Shown here piece after piece: positions 7,640 to 16,499 of a DNA stretch of 24,292 bases. A program made the translations under genes and the position numbers. Positions within the stretch are counted from its first letter, which is position 1, and every line of letters begins with the position of its first letter. The stretch covers positions 1 to 24,292 of the IMG/VR virus record IMGVR_UViG_3300037461_000397. The stretch is one strand, 5' to 3'. A model generated the notes under the pieces. That model was given only the letters and a program-made list of their open reading frames with translations. It was not told the origin of the DNA and did not search any database. The stretch comes from a virus. Taxonomy: Duplodnaviria; Caudoviricetes.

Positions 7640-8909
7640 AGACAACCACCTCCCGGCCAGCTGGGAGCAAAAGAATATCATTACCGGAGAGCTGGTTTGA
7701 TTTTATGAATAAATCATAATTTTCGTCATTTTCGCCGAGGCTTCCATACTCAGTGACGGTAATTTCAAGCGGCGATCTGGGCCTTGCCAGGGTGAAGCGC
7801 TTCTCAGCCTTAATACTGAGAAAAATTTTCATCAGCGCTTGAATTGACAGCGCGTATATATTCATAAGTCCGGTATATGTTTTCGTCTGGCTGAAATACT
7901 GCTGGTCGATATACAGGCCGGAAAATCCATCTTGAATTTCATCGAGTGCTGAAATTGTATCATTGAAAATATTTGTCAAATTATCTATCGCGGCTATCAC
8001 ATCAGCTCTGCTTGAAAATTCAGATGTCGCAACGATCTGCGCGATGGCAATGAGCGCGACGGTGACTCCCATCTCCTGGGTAATTACCGTATTATAGTCA
8101 TCATCGGTAACTGTTGCCGGTGCGAGATCAATTATTGATTCGATCAATTCAAGATTTGCGTTAAAACGAGACATGAAATCAGATGTCGCCGCAAGTGGCG
8201 CCAGTGAGAGATTCACTACCTGCTCAAAAACTGCATTTATCGATTCTGAAAAATTATCTTTATCGAATGTGTCAATGGCGTTATCGAACGACGAGCGCGC
8301 CGAGTCATAAGCGTCGAGGACTATGGCGTTCAGCGATGCCAGTTCCCGGGTAATGGTATCCATAAAATTAACGATGGCGTTAAATGTATTCAGTACCGCC
8401 TGTATCCCGCTGTAAATATCTGATTTCAGCTGCTGGGCGATTAAAAAACCGTCTTCGATTGCGCCGATAATCGATGACAGAAGCGTAGTGATCGTTTCCT
8501 CAACAGAAATAATCCGCGTCTGATTTGCCGGTTCTATCCATTCAGATTCAAACGCGGTATAATTTCCATTTTCAACCGGTGAAATCAATTCTTTAATAGA
8601 CACCAGCTGCAGGCCGAGCGGGCCCTTGACCGGGTGAATTACCTCCCATTGCCCTGATTCGTTATACAGGGCGTCGGTGAATTCATTTGCCGTTTTATTG
8701 TGAAATGGTCCGTCAAAATAAAAAGTCAACGGATAAAGCCATGATTTCGGGCCGAGATCCTGGACGACAGTCCCAGAAAATGATGGCGGATTGAACTGGC
8801 CTAGCTTACGCTCGAATGAACGAGGGTTATCGCGCCAGAGCGCAGAGAATTCCTTTCCGGAAGGCGAGGTGAACCTGATTTCCTCTTTTAGTTCATTTTC
8901 CCAGCTCAT
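7629..8909 (-). CDS. DNA circularization protein-like (Mu gpN/gp43) tail protein
   Basis: MSW...VQDLG...ALYNESGQWEVIHPVKG N-terminal domain, helical middle, LysM-like end (EYGSL...FIKSN...LLPAGREV); follows the tape measure gene. Confidence 0.85.
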   Translation of the reverse strand: MSWENELKEEIRFTSPSGKEFSALWRDNPRSFERKLGQFNPPSFSGTVVQDLGPKSWLYPLTFYFDGPFHNKTANEFTDALYNESGQWEVIHPVKGPLGLQLVSIKELISPVENGNYTAFESEWIEPANQTRIISVEETITTLLSSIIGAIEDGFLIAQQLKSDIYSGIQAVLNTFNAIVNFMDTITRELASLNAIVLDAYDSARSSFDNAIDTFDKDNFSESINAVFEQVVNLSLAPLAATSDFMSRFNANLELIESIIDLAPATVTDDDYNTVITQEMGVTVALIAIAQIVATSEFSSRADVIAAIDNLTNIFNDTISALDEIQDGFSGLYIDQQYFSQTKTYTGLMNIYALSIQALMKIFLSIKAEKRFTLARPRSPLEITVTEYGSLGENDENYDLFIKSNQLSGNDILLLPAGREVVVYVG

Positions 8910-10444
8910 GCGTTCACCCCCAGCAGCGAAACATTAAACCCGCCAGGGCCGGTTGTTTCCTGCTGTACCCTGGATCCTTGTGGGGCGTTTGCGATGTTCA
9001 GCTCTCCCTGGAACGTCGTCCGCTGTGCCCCCGCGTTCGGGGCGGTAAGTGATCCACCGGTAAATCCTGCATCCTCGGCGATGCCGAAAAACCCCTTGAT
9101 GTCTCCCCATCGAGCGGAAACCCAGTTTACCACCGCCTGGAACTTGTCTTTGATCCAATTGCACACTGATGTGAAACCATCCTTCAACCCCTGCCACATA
9201 TCGGTGAAAAATTCCGCGATGGTTTCCCAGTTTCTGTACAAGAGATATCCAACGGCTACAAGGGCGAGGATCCCGGCGATGATCCAGGTTATGGGACAGG
9301 CGAATAGTGCCGAGTTAAACAGCCACTGTGCCACGGTCATGACACGCTGGGCCACGGCAAGAGCAATCATTTTGACCTTCAATATCGTAGACCACAGAGC
9401 GGTCCCGCGGAACATGAAGTTCAGGAGCCCCTGGGCGGCAACTGCCGAGCGGATAACAGGGATCATCATTATGAGATACTGCAGCCAGCCAGCGGCAACA
9501 CAGTACCCCTGCCATATCGCCGCGGCCATGAGAGCGGCCTTATATGCGAGGAAACCTCCCACCAGGTAGGGGATAATTGCCACTATGATCTGCAGGCCAG
9601 TCGCAAATGGTCCGGTATCAAGGTTAGCCAGAATTGAGTTCAGGCGCTGGAACAGCGCAGTCAATGACGGAAGAATTACCGTGGCAATCCTCGCCAGAAA
9701 CTGGTCGAACTGCACCCCGAGAACCCGTTTCTGGTTTGCGAATGAATTCTGCAACGTGCGATTAAAATCGCCCTGGGCGTCCGCCGACTGCTGCATCAGG
9801 AACGCATACCTCAATTGAGTCTGCTCCGCCTGGGTCATGCTCTGCCACGATTTTGTAATACCACGTGACAGGGCAAACGCCTGAAGGTTCGCCACGGTCA
9901 TGTTTATCCCGAGACGCCGGAGCGGTTCGGTTTCACCGGCGATACCGGCGCGGATCTTGTCGAACGCTTCCTCGATTGGAAGGTTGTAGAATGACGCAAA
10001 ATCACCGGCGAGCCCAGCAAGGTTCGTTGACATATCCACCAGCTCCTGGCCGGCTATGCCAGAAGATTTCATCATGGCGCCGATCTGGCTGGTGAATTGC
10101 TTTGCCTGGAGTTCAGAAATGCCGAAATTCCTGATGGCGGACTGTGCCCATGCGTTTATCTGTCCCGCGTTCTGGCCGAACGTGACATCGACGACGTTCT
10201 GGACCTCGTTCAACGATGACGCCAGCTCAATGGCTCGGTTTGCAAGTCCGACAAGGGCGAACCCACCGGCCATGGGGAGCATGCTCATCATGAATCCGCG
10301 CGCCGTTTGCGCCGCGCGCCCTATGCGAGTCATGGCACCGGCGCCGCGATGGCCAAACCGTTCGGCCTCATCCCCCATGCGCCGAAACGCCGGACTCATC
10401 CGGTCAGTTGCCCTGAAGGCTGTTCTTACCGCGAAATCAGGCAT
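8906..10444 (-). CDS. Tail tape measure protein (512 aa)
   Basis: FRATDRMSPAF N-terminus, ASSLNEVQNVVDVTFG, LAGDFASFYN, GETEPLRRLGI, hydrophobic segments and NWETIAEFF...W repeats. Confidence 0.95.
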   Translation of the reverse strand: MPDFAVRTAFRATDRMSPAFRRMGDEAERFGHRGAGAMTRIGRAAQTARGFMMSMLPMAGGFALVGLANRAIELASSLNEVQNVVDVTFGQNAGQINAWAQSAIRNFGISELQAKQFTSQIGAMMKSSGIAGQELVDMSTNLAGLAGDFASFYNLPIEEAFDKIRAGIAGETEPLRRLGINMTVANLQAFALSRGITKSWQSMTQAEQTQLRYAFLMQQSADAQGDFNRTLQNSFANQKRVLGVQFDQFLARIATVILPSLTALFQRLNSILANLDTGPFATGLQIIVAIIPYLVGGFLAYKAALMAAAIWQGYCVAAGWLQYLIMMIPVIRSAVAAQGLLNFMFRGTALWSTILKVKMIALAVAQRVMTVAQWLFNSALFACPITWIIAGILALVAVGYLLYRNWETIAEFFTDMWQGLKDGFTSVCNWIKDKFQAVVNWVSARWGDIKGFFGIAEDAGFTGGSLTAPNAGAQRTTFQGELNIANAPQGSRVQQETTGPGGFNVSLLGVNA

Positions 10445-10657
10445 TTACCCTCTCCCGCATGTGCATTTTTTCTGTTTTCTGACATCGTACGTTTTTCCGC
10501 ATTTTGAGCATGTCGCTTTTGCTTCCTGGTCGGCCATAAGTTCATGCCATACATTCCACATTTTTAATTCAGCAAATCGGAGCGCCTTTATCTCTGATAT
10601 CTGCTGGCCCCTCGAAAAGAGGTTCCCCATCCACTGCCACGCCCGATTTACACCGAT
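10445..10657 (-). CDS. -1 frameshift extension of the tail assembly chaperone (gpT-like part)
   Basis: The -1 frame is open from the slippery site (IGVNRAWQWMGNLFSRG...KCTCGRG*) to a TAA abutting the tape measure ATG. Confidence 0.85.
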   Translation of the reverse strand: MGVNRAWQWMGNLFSRGQQISEIKALRFAELKMWNVWHELMADQEAKATCSKCGKTYDVRKQKKCTCGRG

Positions 10658-11076
10658 AAAAAAATTAGACCAAGCACCTCCACCAGCGACAGATCGACGC
10701 CTTTAAGTGCAAGGATCGCCGATTCACCAAGGCCGCACAGCGATCCCATGAGGGCATACGCCCTGCCATAATAATCCTTGTCATCCTTCCCGGCCATGGA
10801 CGCCTTGGCCTTTCCATCGATTTCCCTGTAGGTGATTTCTGTCCCGTTGCTTCGCAGCGTCTGGATGACCTGTATGCCAGATTCAGTTTTTACTTTCAGT
10901 CGTCCGAGCCTGACCGCCTTGATCAATCGCTCGTACCCCTGGGAGATTGCTTTTTTCAGATCCTTGTCGTCGATTTCCTTGATGTCTATTTCATAATAGT
11001 CCATCATTTTTTTCAGTTCGTTTTCCGCTGATTCTTTACTCAGGATGTAGCGTTCATCGTTGTCCTTGAAAATCAT
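10648..11076 (-). CDS. Tail assembly chaperone (gpG-like)
   Basis: Lies before the tape measure gene; ends ALMGSLCGLGESAILALKGVDL; GGAGG SD 5 nt before ATG 11076 (preferred over the track's TTG at 11088). Confidence 0.85.
   Translation of the reverse strand: MIFKDNDERYILSKESAENELKKMMDYYEIDIKEIDDKDLKKAISQGYERLIKAVRLGRLKVKTESGIQVIQTLRSNGTEITYREIDGKAKASMAGKDDKDYYGRAYALMGSLCGLGESAILALKGVDLSLVEVLGLIFLSV
10657..10663 (-). promoter_or_regulatory. Programmed -1 ribosomal frameshift site T TTT TTA
   Basis: CTA ATT TTT TTA TCG GTG TAA: an X XXY YYZ heptamer in the correct phase, two sense codons before the chaperone stop. Confidence 0.85.
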
Positions 11077-11093
11077 TGTGTCCTCCAAATGTG

Positions 11094-11921
11094 TTAATAC
11101 TGGTATATGTTTCGCGGTTCTGGCCGCTCTGGTTTCTTTGGCGGGTAGGTAATTTTTACACGTCCCTGTTTTTCAAGCTCCACCGCCTCAGCGTAGGGCA
11201 TGTTCCTATATTCTCCATGGCGGATCGGATCGTTCCGTTTTATCTTGTTTCTGGGGACCGCAAGGCCGAGGCAGCATACAATTTTATCAGCAGGGAAACT
11301 GTCATATCGGCAACGTTTTAATCCGAGATCTAGTTTTTTCCCGCAGCCCTTTGCCTCCTGCGCCTTACATATCAGCAAATCATCAATCCAGTTTATCGGG
11401 AGAACGCGGGTGAGCTGTTTTGAATAGTAGTGGTCTCCGCCGGTATTTCCCCACCATTTCGCGCGTTTCCGGTGATCAGTATGCAGAAAAAAACACTCCG
11501 TCTGATATGACCGCTGGCGTCCCCATTTGTTCGGATAAACAACCTTTTTCCCGCCGCGGATCCGCTGGACCCTGGCGACATTTACATGGTCACGTTTTGA
11601 CGATGCCACAAGTCTCTCTATGACATCAGGAGAAGCGTAAAGGTCGTCATCGTCAATGAAATGATACCATCCCTCGCCTTCAGGGATTGATTTTAACAGC
11701 CTATTGTTATACAGATTGTATGTCCCATCTCCAAACTCCTGGCCGTATGCTGCGCCATGGATTATCATGTCGCCCGTGACATACTCATCCCGGGGGTCGT
11801 CCGAATGAACGATGGTCACGATATTTTTATACGTTTGTTCCTTTATCGTTTCCATCATCCTGGCAAAATACCGCGGACGGCCACTGGTGCGGATGAGTAT
11901 GTACACGGGCTTGGAGGACAT
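11094..11921 (-). CDS. Glycosyltransferase family 2 (GT-A fold)
   Basis: VYILIRTSGRPRYFARMMETIKEQTYKNIVTIVHSD N-terminus, YNNRLL, WYHFIDDDDLY (DxD) and GGDHYY are GT2-like signatures. Confidence 0.85.
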   Translation of the reverse strand: MSSKPVYILIRTSGRPRYFARMMETIKEQTYKNIVTIVHSDDPRDEYVTGDMIIHGAAYGQEFGDGTYNLYNNRLLKSIPEGEGWYHFIDDDDLYASPDVIERLVASSKRDHVNVARVQRIRGGKKVVYPNKWGRQRSYQTECFFLHTDHRKRAKWWGNTGGDHYYSKQLTRVLPINWIDDLLICKAQEAKGCGKKLDLGLKRCRYDSFPADKIVCCLGLAVPRNKIKRNDPIRHGEYRNMPYAEAVELEKQGRVKITYPPKKPERPEPRNIYQY

Positions 11922-11933
11922 GCAATTTCAACC

Positions 11934-12311
11934 TCACGCCAGGAATGGCTGCCAGTCGCCTGTCGGGATGAGGGTCACAGTGATTTTGCCGGTTTCTGAC
12001 TCATAGCCTTCAAAATGGACGTGGCCGGTGCCGCGATATACTGTACCATCGGCAAGGGTGAACGCCATCGGGACAGAAACGAGCTTGTCGGAAATAGCGG
12101 AAAGGTTTTCCATTTCCGCAGGTGTACACCCGAGATCGAGGGATTCAACGTTCTGGACCCTGCGTGTCATTTTCACCAGAGTTTTCCCCGAGGTGGCGGT
12201 TCCTTCCTTCTCGTATTTCGACCGCTTGAAATTGATATTCGCGTCAGCCATGACGTCATACGTTACGCCGTCGATGGTGGCTTTTCTTAAAGTGCCTGTG
12301 CTTTCTCCCAT
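11934..12311 (-). CDS. Tail tube protein (Mu gpM-like)
   Basis: 125 aa directly after the sheath; TIDGVTY and FTLADGTVYRGTG motifs; strong AGGAGG SD. Confidence 0.88.
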   Translation of the reverse strand: MGESTGTLRKATIDGVTYDVMADANINFKRSKYEKEGTATSGKTLVKMTRRVQNVESLDLGCTPAEMENLSAISDKLVSVPMAFTLADGTVYRGTGHVHFEGYESETGKITVTLIPTGDWQPFLA

Positions 12312-12324
12312 TTATTTCCTCCTG

Positions 12325-13884
12325 TTATGCCGTCAAAATGGCGATTGAAGTGTCGAACGTGATGACGCTGTTATAGATCCCGCCCTCTCCGCTGAGGATA
12401 ACCGGGAACGTGATGTCAAAACCGGTGAGGCCGGCGCGGAGAGTAACTTTGTCACCCTGCGCCAGCTCGTTTATCGTGTACGAAGAATTGTAGATCCAGG
12501 CATTTCCGGCGAATGCGACGGCAAGGGCCACAAGGTCGTCGAGTACGGCGTCAATGTCGCGCGCCTTTTCGCGGTCGGTCACGTTCGTCACCTGCGCGGT
12601 GTCCTCAACGATTGAAATCCCCTGCCATTTCACCTGGTCGAAATTCAGCCGGTAATTGTACAGCAGGTTCTGGATGATCGAAATGTTCCTCATTGCCCGG
12701 TAGCCGTTCGACTCTGGCGCAACGTCAGCGGGACGGTAAAACGTGATGACGTTCTGCAGATACACGATGCCGTTTTTCACGAGCGTGGTCCCTACGCCGC
12801 CTTTTACCGCCTGGTCGCGGTTGTCGTAATCGTTGGTCCAGCGGTCAGCGGTGTCGCCAGGGAAAACGCCGTCCAGCGCCTTGTCAATGTATCCTTCCTC
12901 GGCCCTGATGCTGTTGGTTACCGCCATGATCCCTATCGTCTGTGCCGCGATTTCCTGCGGGTGGTTCGGTGAATCAGGTACGCAGATTTTGCCGTTTGTC
13001 CGGTCGGTGCGCCTGTTGCCGGCAAGAACGAGCGCCGCGTTGAGTCCTGCGGTCCCTGCGGTGGTATCGCCGATCAGTGAGCGGAACGGGCGGGCAACTT
13101 CTTTTTTGTAGTTCCCGATAAACGTGTTCCCGACACCGTTGTAATTTGACAGCGCGTCAAGAACCGCGGTTACGGCGCCATATCCATGGATAACGTTGGT
13201 AAAAAACTTTTCGTTTTGCGCGTCGCCGGTTCCAAGTGCGTCGAGTGCGTCCTGTATGTCTGGGGTCCCAAGGCCACCAGCCATGGGGGTTACAATACAC
13301 GACACACCTGTTGGAAGGACTTCGCCGGAGTTGAGATTAAACATGAGGGTGATGTCATTCCCCCAGAGGCCTCCCGATTTGCTGGTAATGGTAACAACCC
13401 CTGCGGCGTTCACCGCGGTCACCGGGAGGTTGTCGTCAGCGGTTATTGCGTCGGCGATTGCTCCGCCTATGTCGTCGGCGTCGTCGCCGGCCGCGACGTT
13501 TACGGCAACACGCTCACCGGCGATATATAGGGCAAGCTCACCGGCAAGTACGCCAGCTGATGCCGTAAAATCAAGAGATCCGGCCGCCTGGTCTGGGTCG
13601 GACCCTCCTTCTTCCTGGGGGATGATCCAGGTTTCAACGGCGCCTGGCTTAAACGCGGCCTTGGCGAGGCGGTGCAGCATGTATCCAAAACCGGTACGGC
13701 TTCCCACGTCCTCCGGGCTGTAAACCCTGATGGGAACATTCGGCATAATTCCCGGGAACAGCCTGTCGTCACAGGTTCCGATAATTACATTTCTCTGCGG
13801 GATAACCGATGCCGTCACCGCAAATTTTTGATTCTGGACGCTCACGCCATTTATGGCGGCCAAACTGGAAGGGGTTATAGTCAT
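12325..13884 (-). CDS. Contractile tail sheath protein (Mu gpL-like)
   Basis: GFGYMLHRL, AGELALYIAGERVAVNV, NLPVTA...VTITSKSGGLWGNDI, PDIQDALDAL and VITFY motifs; strong AGGAGG SD. Confidence 0.96.
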   Translation of the reverse strand: MTITPSSLAAINGVSVQNQKFAVTASVIPQRNVIIGTCDDRLFPGIMPNVPIRVYSPEDVGSRTGFGYMLHRLAKAAFKPGAVETWIIPQEEGGSDPDQAAGSLDFTASAGVLAGELALYIAGERVAVNVAAGDDADDIGGAIADAITADDNLPVTAVNAAGVVTITSKSGGLWGNDITLMFNLNSGEVLPTGVSCIVTPMAGGLGTPDIQDALDALGTGDAQNEKFFTNVIHGYGAVTAVLDALSNYNGVGNTFIGNYKKEVARPFRSLIGDTTAGTAGLNAALVLAGNRRTDRTNGKICVPDSPNHPQEIAAQTIGIMAVTNSIRAEEGYIDKALDGVFPGDTADRWTNDYDNRDQAVKGGVGTTLVKNGIVYLQNVITFYRPADVAPESNGYRAMRNISIIQNLLYNYRLNFDQVKWQGISIVEDTAQVTNVTDREKARDIDAVLDDLVALAVAFAGNAWIYNSSYTINELAQGDKVTLRAGLTGFDITFPVILSGEGGIYNSVITFDTSIAILTA

Positions 13885-13909
13885 AGAATCCTCCTGGTAA
13901 ATTTCATCT

Positions 13910-14533
13910 TTATATCAGTACTCCCGCGCCAGTATTGGTATTGACCGGGATTGAACTGTCGATAACAGCAGGGGAGGGGACAACAGGAACGGCGCCCTGG
14001 ACATATTCAACAACCCTGCACGAGTATTTTATATTTGCCGTGGAGACAATGAGATCCCCACGCTCCAGAACATTGTCTTTCTGGATTGAAGAAATCCACC
14101 TGTTTGAAATCACCCCGACATCGAGGCCGAGGTCAACGTTGGTAGCGTCAAACAGAATATTAAAAACAGCGTCGATGAGCTCATCCATGGAATTGTCAGC
14201 AAGGTCCGCAGCCTCTTGCAATGATGCCAGCGCTGCCGCCTTCTGCTGTGGGGTGGATGCCGGGTCATCGAGAACTGTCATATCGACACGGGCTCCGGCT
14301 GATGCTGAAAGCTCAATACTGAACTCGCAATCATGGGCCTTCGCTCCCATGTTCTTGTTTTTTGACTTCTCTAAGCTCCCGTTAGTATAGAAAATCCGTA
14401 CTTTCCGGCGAAAACCTGTTTGCTCATCTGAAGCCTTGCTCTGCTGCCTGAAGCCAACGACATCGAAACGGCCATCAGATTGATCACCAAGAGTTGTCAC
14501 CAGTGCAGACTTGACTGTGCGGTATGTCATCAT
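13910..14533 (-). CDS. Putative tail terminator / neck protein
   Basis: Gene before the sheath; mixed alpha/beta with MDELIDAVFNILF; translationally coupled (ATGA). Confidence 0.65.
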   Translation of the reverse strand: MMTYRTVKSALVTTLGDQSDGRFDVVGFRQQSKASDEQTGFRRKVRIFYTNGSLEKSKNKNMGAKAHDCEFSIELSASAGARVDMTVLDDPASTPQQKAAALASLQEAADLADNSMDELIDAVFNILFDATNVDLGLDVGVISNRWISSIQKDNVLERGDLIVSTANIKYSCRVVEYVQGAVPVVPSPAVIDSSIPVNTNTGAGVLI

Positions 14534-14949
14534 GTCGATACCGGCCTGACGCTCTCGGTCTCGACGCGCTGCTCATACAACTTGATAAATCCGATATCCT
14601 GGCAATGCTCAGGAGCCCTGTCTGACGATGCTACAAAACCTCGCAAGGGAGCTCCTACAACCGGAGACGTGGCAAATTTTACATACCAGTTCTCCCCGGG
14701 AAGTGGAACGCGATCGAGTGATGAAACCCGGAGCGTCACCACAGCCTGGTCGACTATTTCAGGGAGCCCGGTGTCTGGATTTTCCCGCCGCGACGAATAA
14801 AGGCACTGCCCCGTTAATAATACCGAGGATGATCCTTTTTTATAAATCTGGGTGATACCATCTGGCGACGTGAGTTGAACAACCATGCCGAACTCACCCT
14901 CGATGGAGTCTCCAAGATCGCGTTCAATGGCGGCGCGGAGGTTCTCCAT
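14530..14949 (-). CDS. Putative head-tail joining (head closure, FII-like) protein
   Basis: 139 aa, beta-rich (VVTLRVSSLDRVPLPGENWYV), located between capsid and neck genes; AGGAGG SD. Confidence 0.65.
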   Translation of the reverse strand: MENLRAAIERDLGDSIEGEFGMVVQLTSPDGITQIYKKGSSSVLLTGQCLYSSRRENPDTGLPEIVDQAVVTLRVSSLDRVPLPGENWYVKFATSPVVGAPLRGFVASSDRAPEHCQDIGFIKLYEQRVETESVRPVST

Positions 14950-15116
14950 TATTCTGGATCCTCCTGGGATTTTAATGATAACGAAGGGCGGCCGCGTTTA
15001 GGTTTTTCCGGTTGTGCAAATTGCATTTTAACCGCCAGATGTGGCGGTATTGACTCGCCCTCGATGAATCGGCGGCCGCCTATATAAATGATCTTCCCTG
15101 CCGGGACAGTATACAT
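14949..15116 (-). CDS. Small head-associated protein (55 aa, not in the ORF track)
   Basis: MYTVPAGKIIYIGGRRFIEGESIPPHLAVKMQFAQPEKPKRGRPSLSLKSQEDPE; abuts the upstream TAA and overlaps the downstream ATG (TAATG); carries a KRGRP motif. Confidence 0.75.
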   Translation of the reverse strand: MYTVPAGKIIYIGGRRFIEGESIPPHLAVKMQFAQPEKPKRGRPSLSLKSQEDPE

Positions 15117-15260
15117 TTATTCACCTTCTTCTGTAACCGTTTCCGGTTCTTCTATCTTTTCTGGTTCTTCGATTTTTGGTGACACCACCATGTCACGCTT
15201 TACAGGTTTAAAAATGTGGGGAGGCAGCATTGCCTCCCTCACATTCTGGTTGCGTGCCAC
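15117..15260 (-). CDS. Small acidic protein after the capsid gene (47 aa from GTG, start uncertain)
   Basis: MARNQNVREAMLPPHIFKPVKRDMVVSPKIEEPEKIEEPETVTEEGE fills the gap exactly; it overlaps a strong hairpin. Confidence 0.5.
   Translation of the reverse strand: MARNQNVREAMLPPHIFKPVKRDMVVSPKIEEPEKIEEPETVTEEGE
15211..15247 (-). terminator. Hairpin after the major capsid gene (terminator or stabiliser)
   Basis: AATGTG-a-GGGAGGCA-atgc-TGCCTCCC-CACATT then TTT: a 14-bp stem with one bulge, beginning about 16 nt after the capsid stop. Confidence 0.55.
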
Positions 15261-15262
15261 TA

Positions 15263-16486
15263 CTACGAGCTCCGGGTGAGGACCGAGTAGTAAGTAAAGA
15301 AAGCATCCGTCTGCGTGGTGGCGAAGATCGGGGCGCTCTGGGTTCTCACGGTGACTTTTTTATTGTCTCCGCTCCGGTATGCGTCGCAGTAGAACATGGC
15401 GGGATTAACGACACCGCCGCCCCCCTTGATATTTGCCGGGAGCATCGGGGCATTGATATTCATGCCGAACATTTCCTGATACCATGCTGCATCAGCGCTG
15501 GTGAGCGGGAGCCTTTCAGGGGGTCCGAAATACCGGTCGCACCGCGCGCCATAGTATGCGATGAACACCGAGTTCAGCGGCATGTAATGCTGTGCATCAC
15601 CGTTGTCGTCGGTATAAACATCAACATAGGTAAAACACCATATTAGGTTTCCTTCAGGAGTGAACAGCATGCCCATGGGGTTCGCACCGGCCGCGACAAG
15701 CTCGTTTAAGTTTGCCGGCATATTGAAACCGGATTCACCGAACCTGATAAAATTAAAACCTGAAATGTCGGCAAGCGCCTGGATGGTGGCATCAGCCATG
15801 AACACCCTGGACACATTCTGACCGAAGAACATGACATTCGGTTTTACCTTTCCGTTTTCGCGAAGTATCCGGCATGCGTCGTCAATATCACCGAGGATAT
15901 CGGCGCCAGGAGCGTCCCACGGAACAGTCGGGGCAACGATCTGCGCGGCGTTCCTTCGGAAATCATACCAGTTATCAGCGTTATTGCTGCCCAGAATAGC
16001 AGGCATCTGACCACCGAGGAGGGACAGGCCCGCAAGGCCCTCGAACAACCGGACGTACCGGCGTATGTGCTCAAGGTGGTGCTCGCGGGCAAGCATCCTG
16101 ATTCTCGCTTCTCGGGGCATAGCTTCATACGGGTTTTCTCCGGCTACACGCTTATTGATTTGAGACGCGGTGATGTCTCCGAGTTCCTCGCAGAGCGGGT
16201 ACACGCGGGAGAATGTGCTGAAATTCTGGGTGGCAGAATTTTTCTGCAGGTTCAACATCCTGGAATCGATGCCACGGTGAACCATGGCGGCGATCCTCTC
16301 GTTTGCCCGCATGATGTCAATTTCGACGACTTCACTGTTGGGGCTGTATATGGTTTTCGAGTTGCCGTGTGCCGGCTTCCCGAAAAACTGCTGCCACACC
16401 GTGGTCACGCCAATGATGTCTTTTTCATCAAACAGGGCGTCCATGTAGCGGCTGTAAAAATCAACTGCTTGGGGGGTAATAGCCAT
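15263..16486 (-). CDS. Major capsid protein (lambda gpE family)
   Basis: VVEIDIMRANERIAAMVHRG, INKRVAGENPY, WDAPGADILGDI and VRTQSAPIF motifs; strong TAAGGAGG SD; double TAG stop. Confidence 0.93.
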   Translation of the reverse strand: MAITPQAVDFYSRYMDALFDEKDIIGVTTVWQQFFGKPAHGNSKTIYSPNSEVVEIDIMRANERIAAMVHRGIDSRMLNLQKNSATQNFSTFSRVYPLCEELGDITASQINKRVAGENPYEAMPREARIRMLAREHHLEHIRRYVRLFEGLAGLSLLGGQMPAILGSNNADNWYDFRRNAAQIVAPTVPWDAPGADILGDIDDACRILRENGKVKPNVMFFGQNVSRVFMADATIQALADISGFNFIRFGESGFNMPANLNELVAAGANPMGMLFTPEGNLIWCFTYVDVYTDDNGDAQHYMPLNSVFIAYYGARCDRYFGPPERLPLTSADAAWYQEMFGMNINAPMLPANIKGGGGVVNPAMFYCDAYRSGDNKKVTVRTQSAPIFATTQTDAFFTYYSVLTRSS

Positions 16487-16499
16487 TGTTTATTCCTCC

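Noticed and set aside
4217-13884. Transposable (Mu-like) phage assignment
   Set aside because: Only the tail is Mu-like; the packaging genes are lambda GpA-type and no transposase is in the window.
1814-14533. Tailocin or extracellular contractile injection system
   Set aside because: Complete terminase, portal, protease and capsid genes are contiguous with the tail genes.
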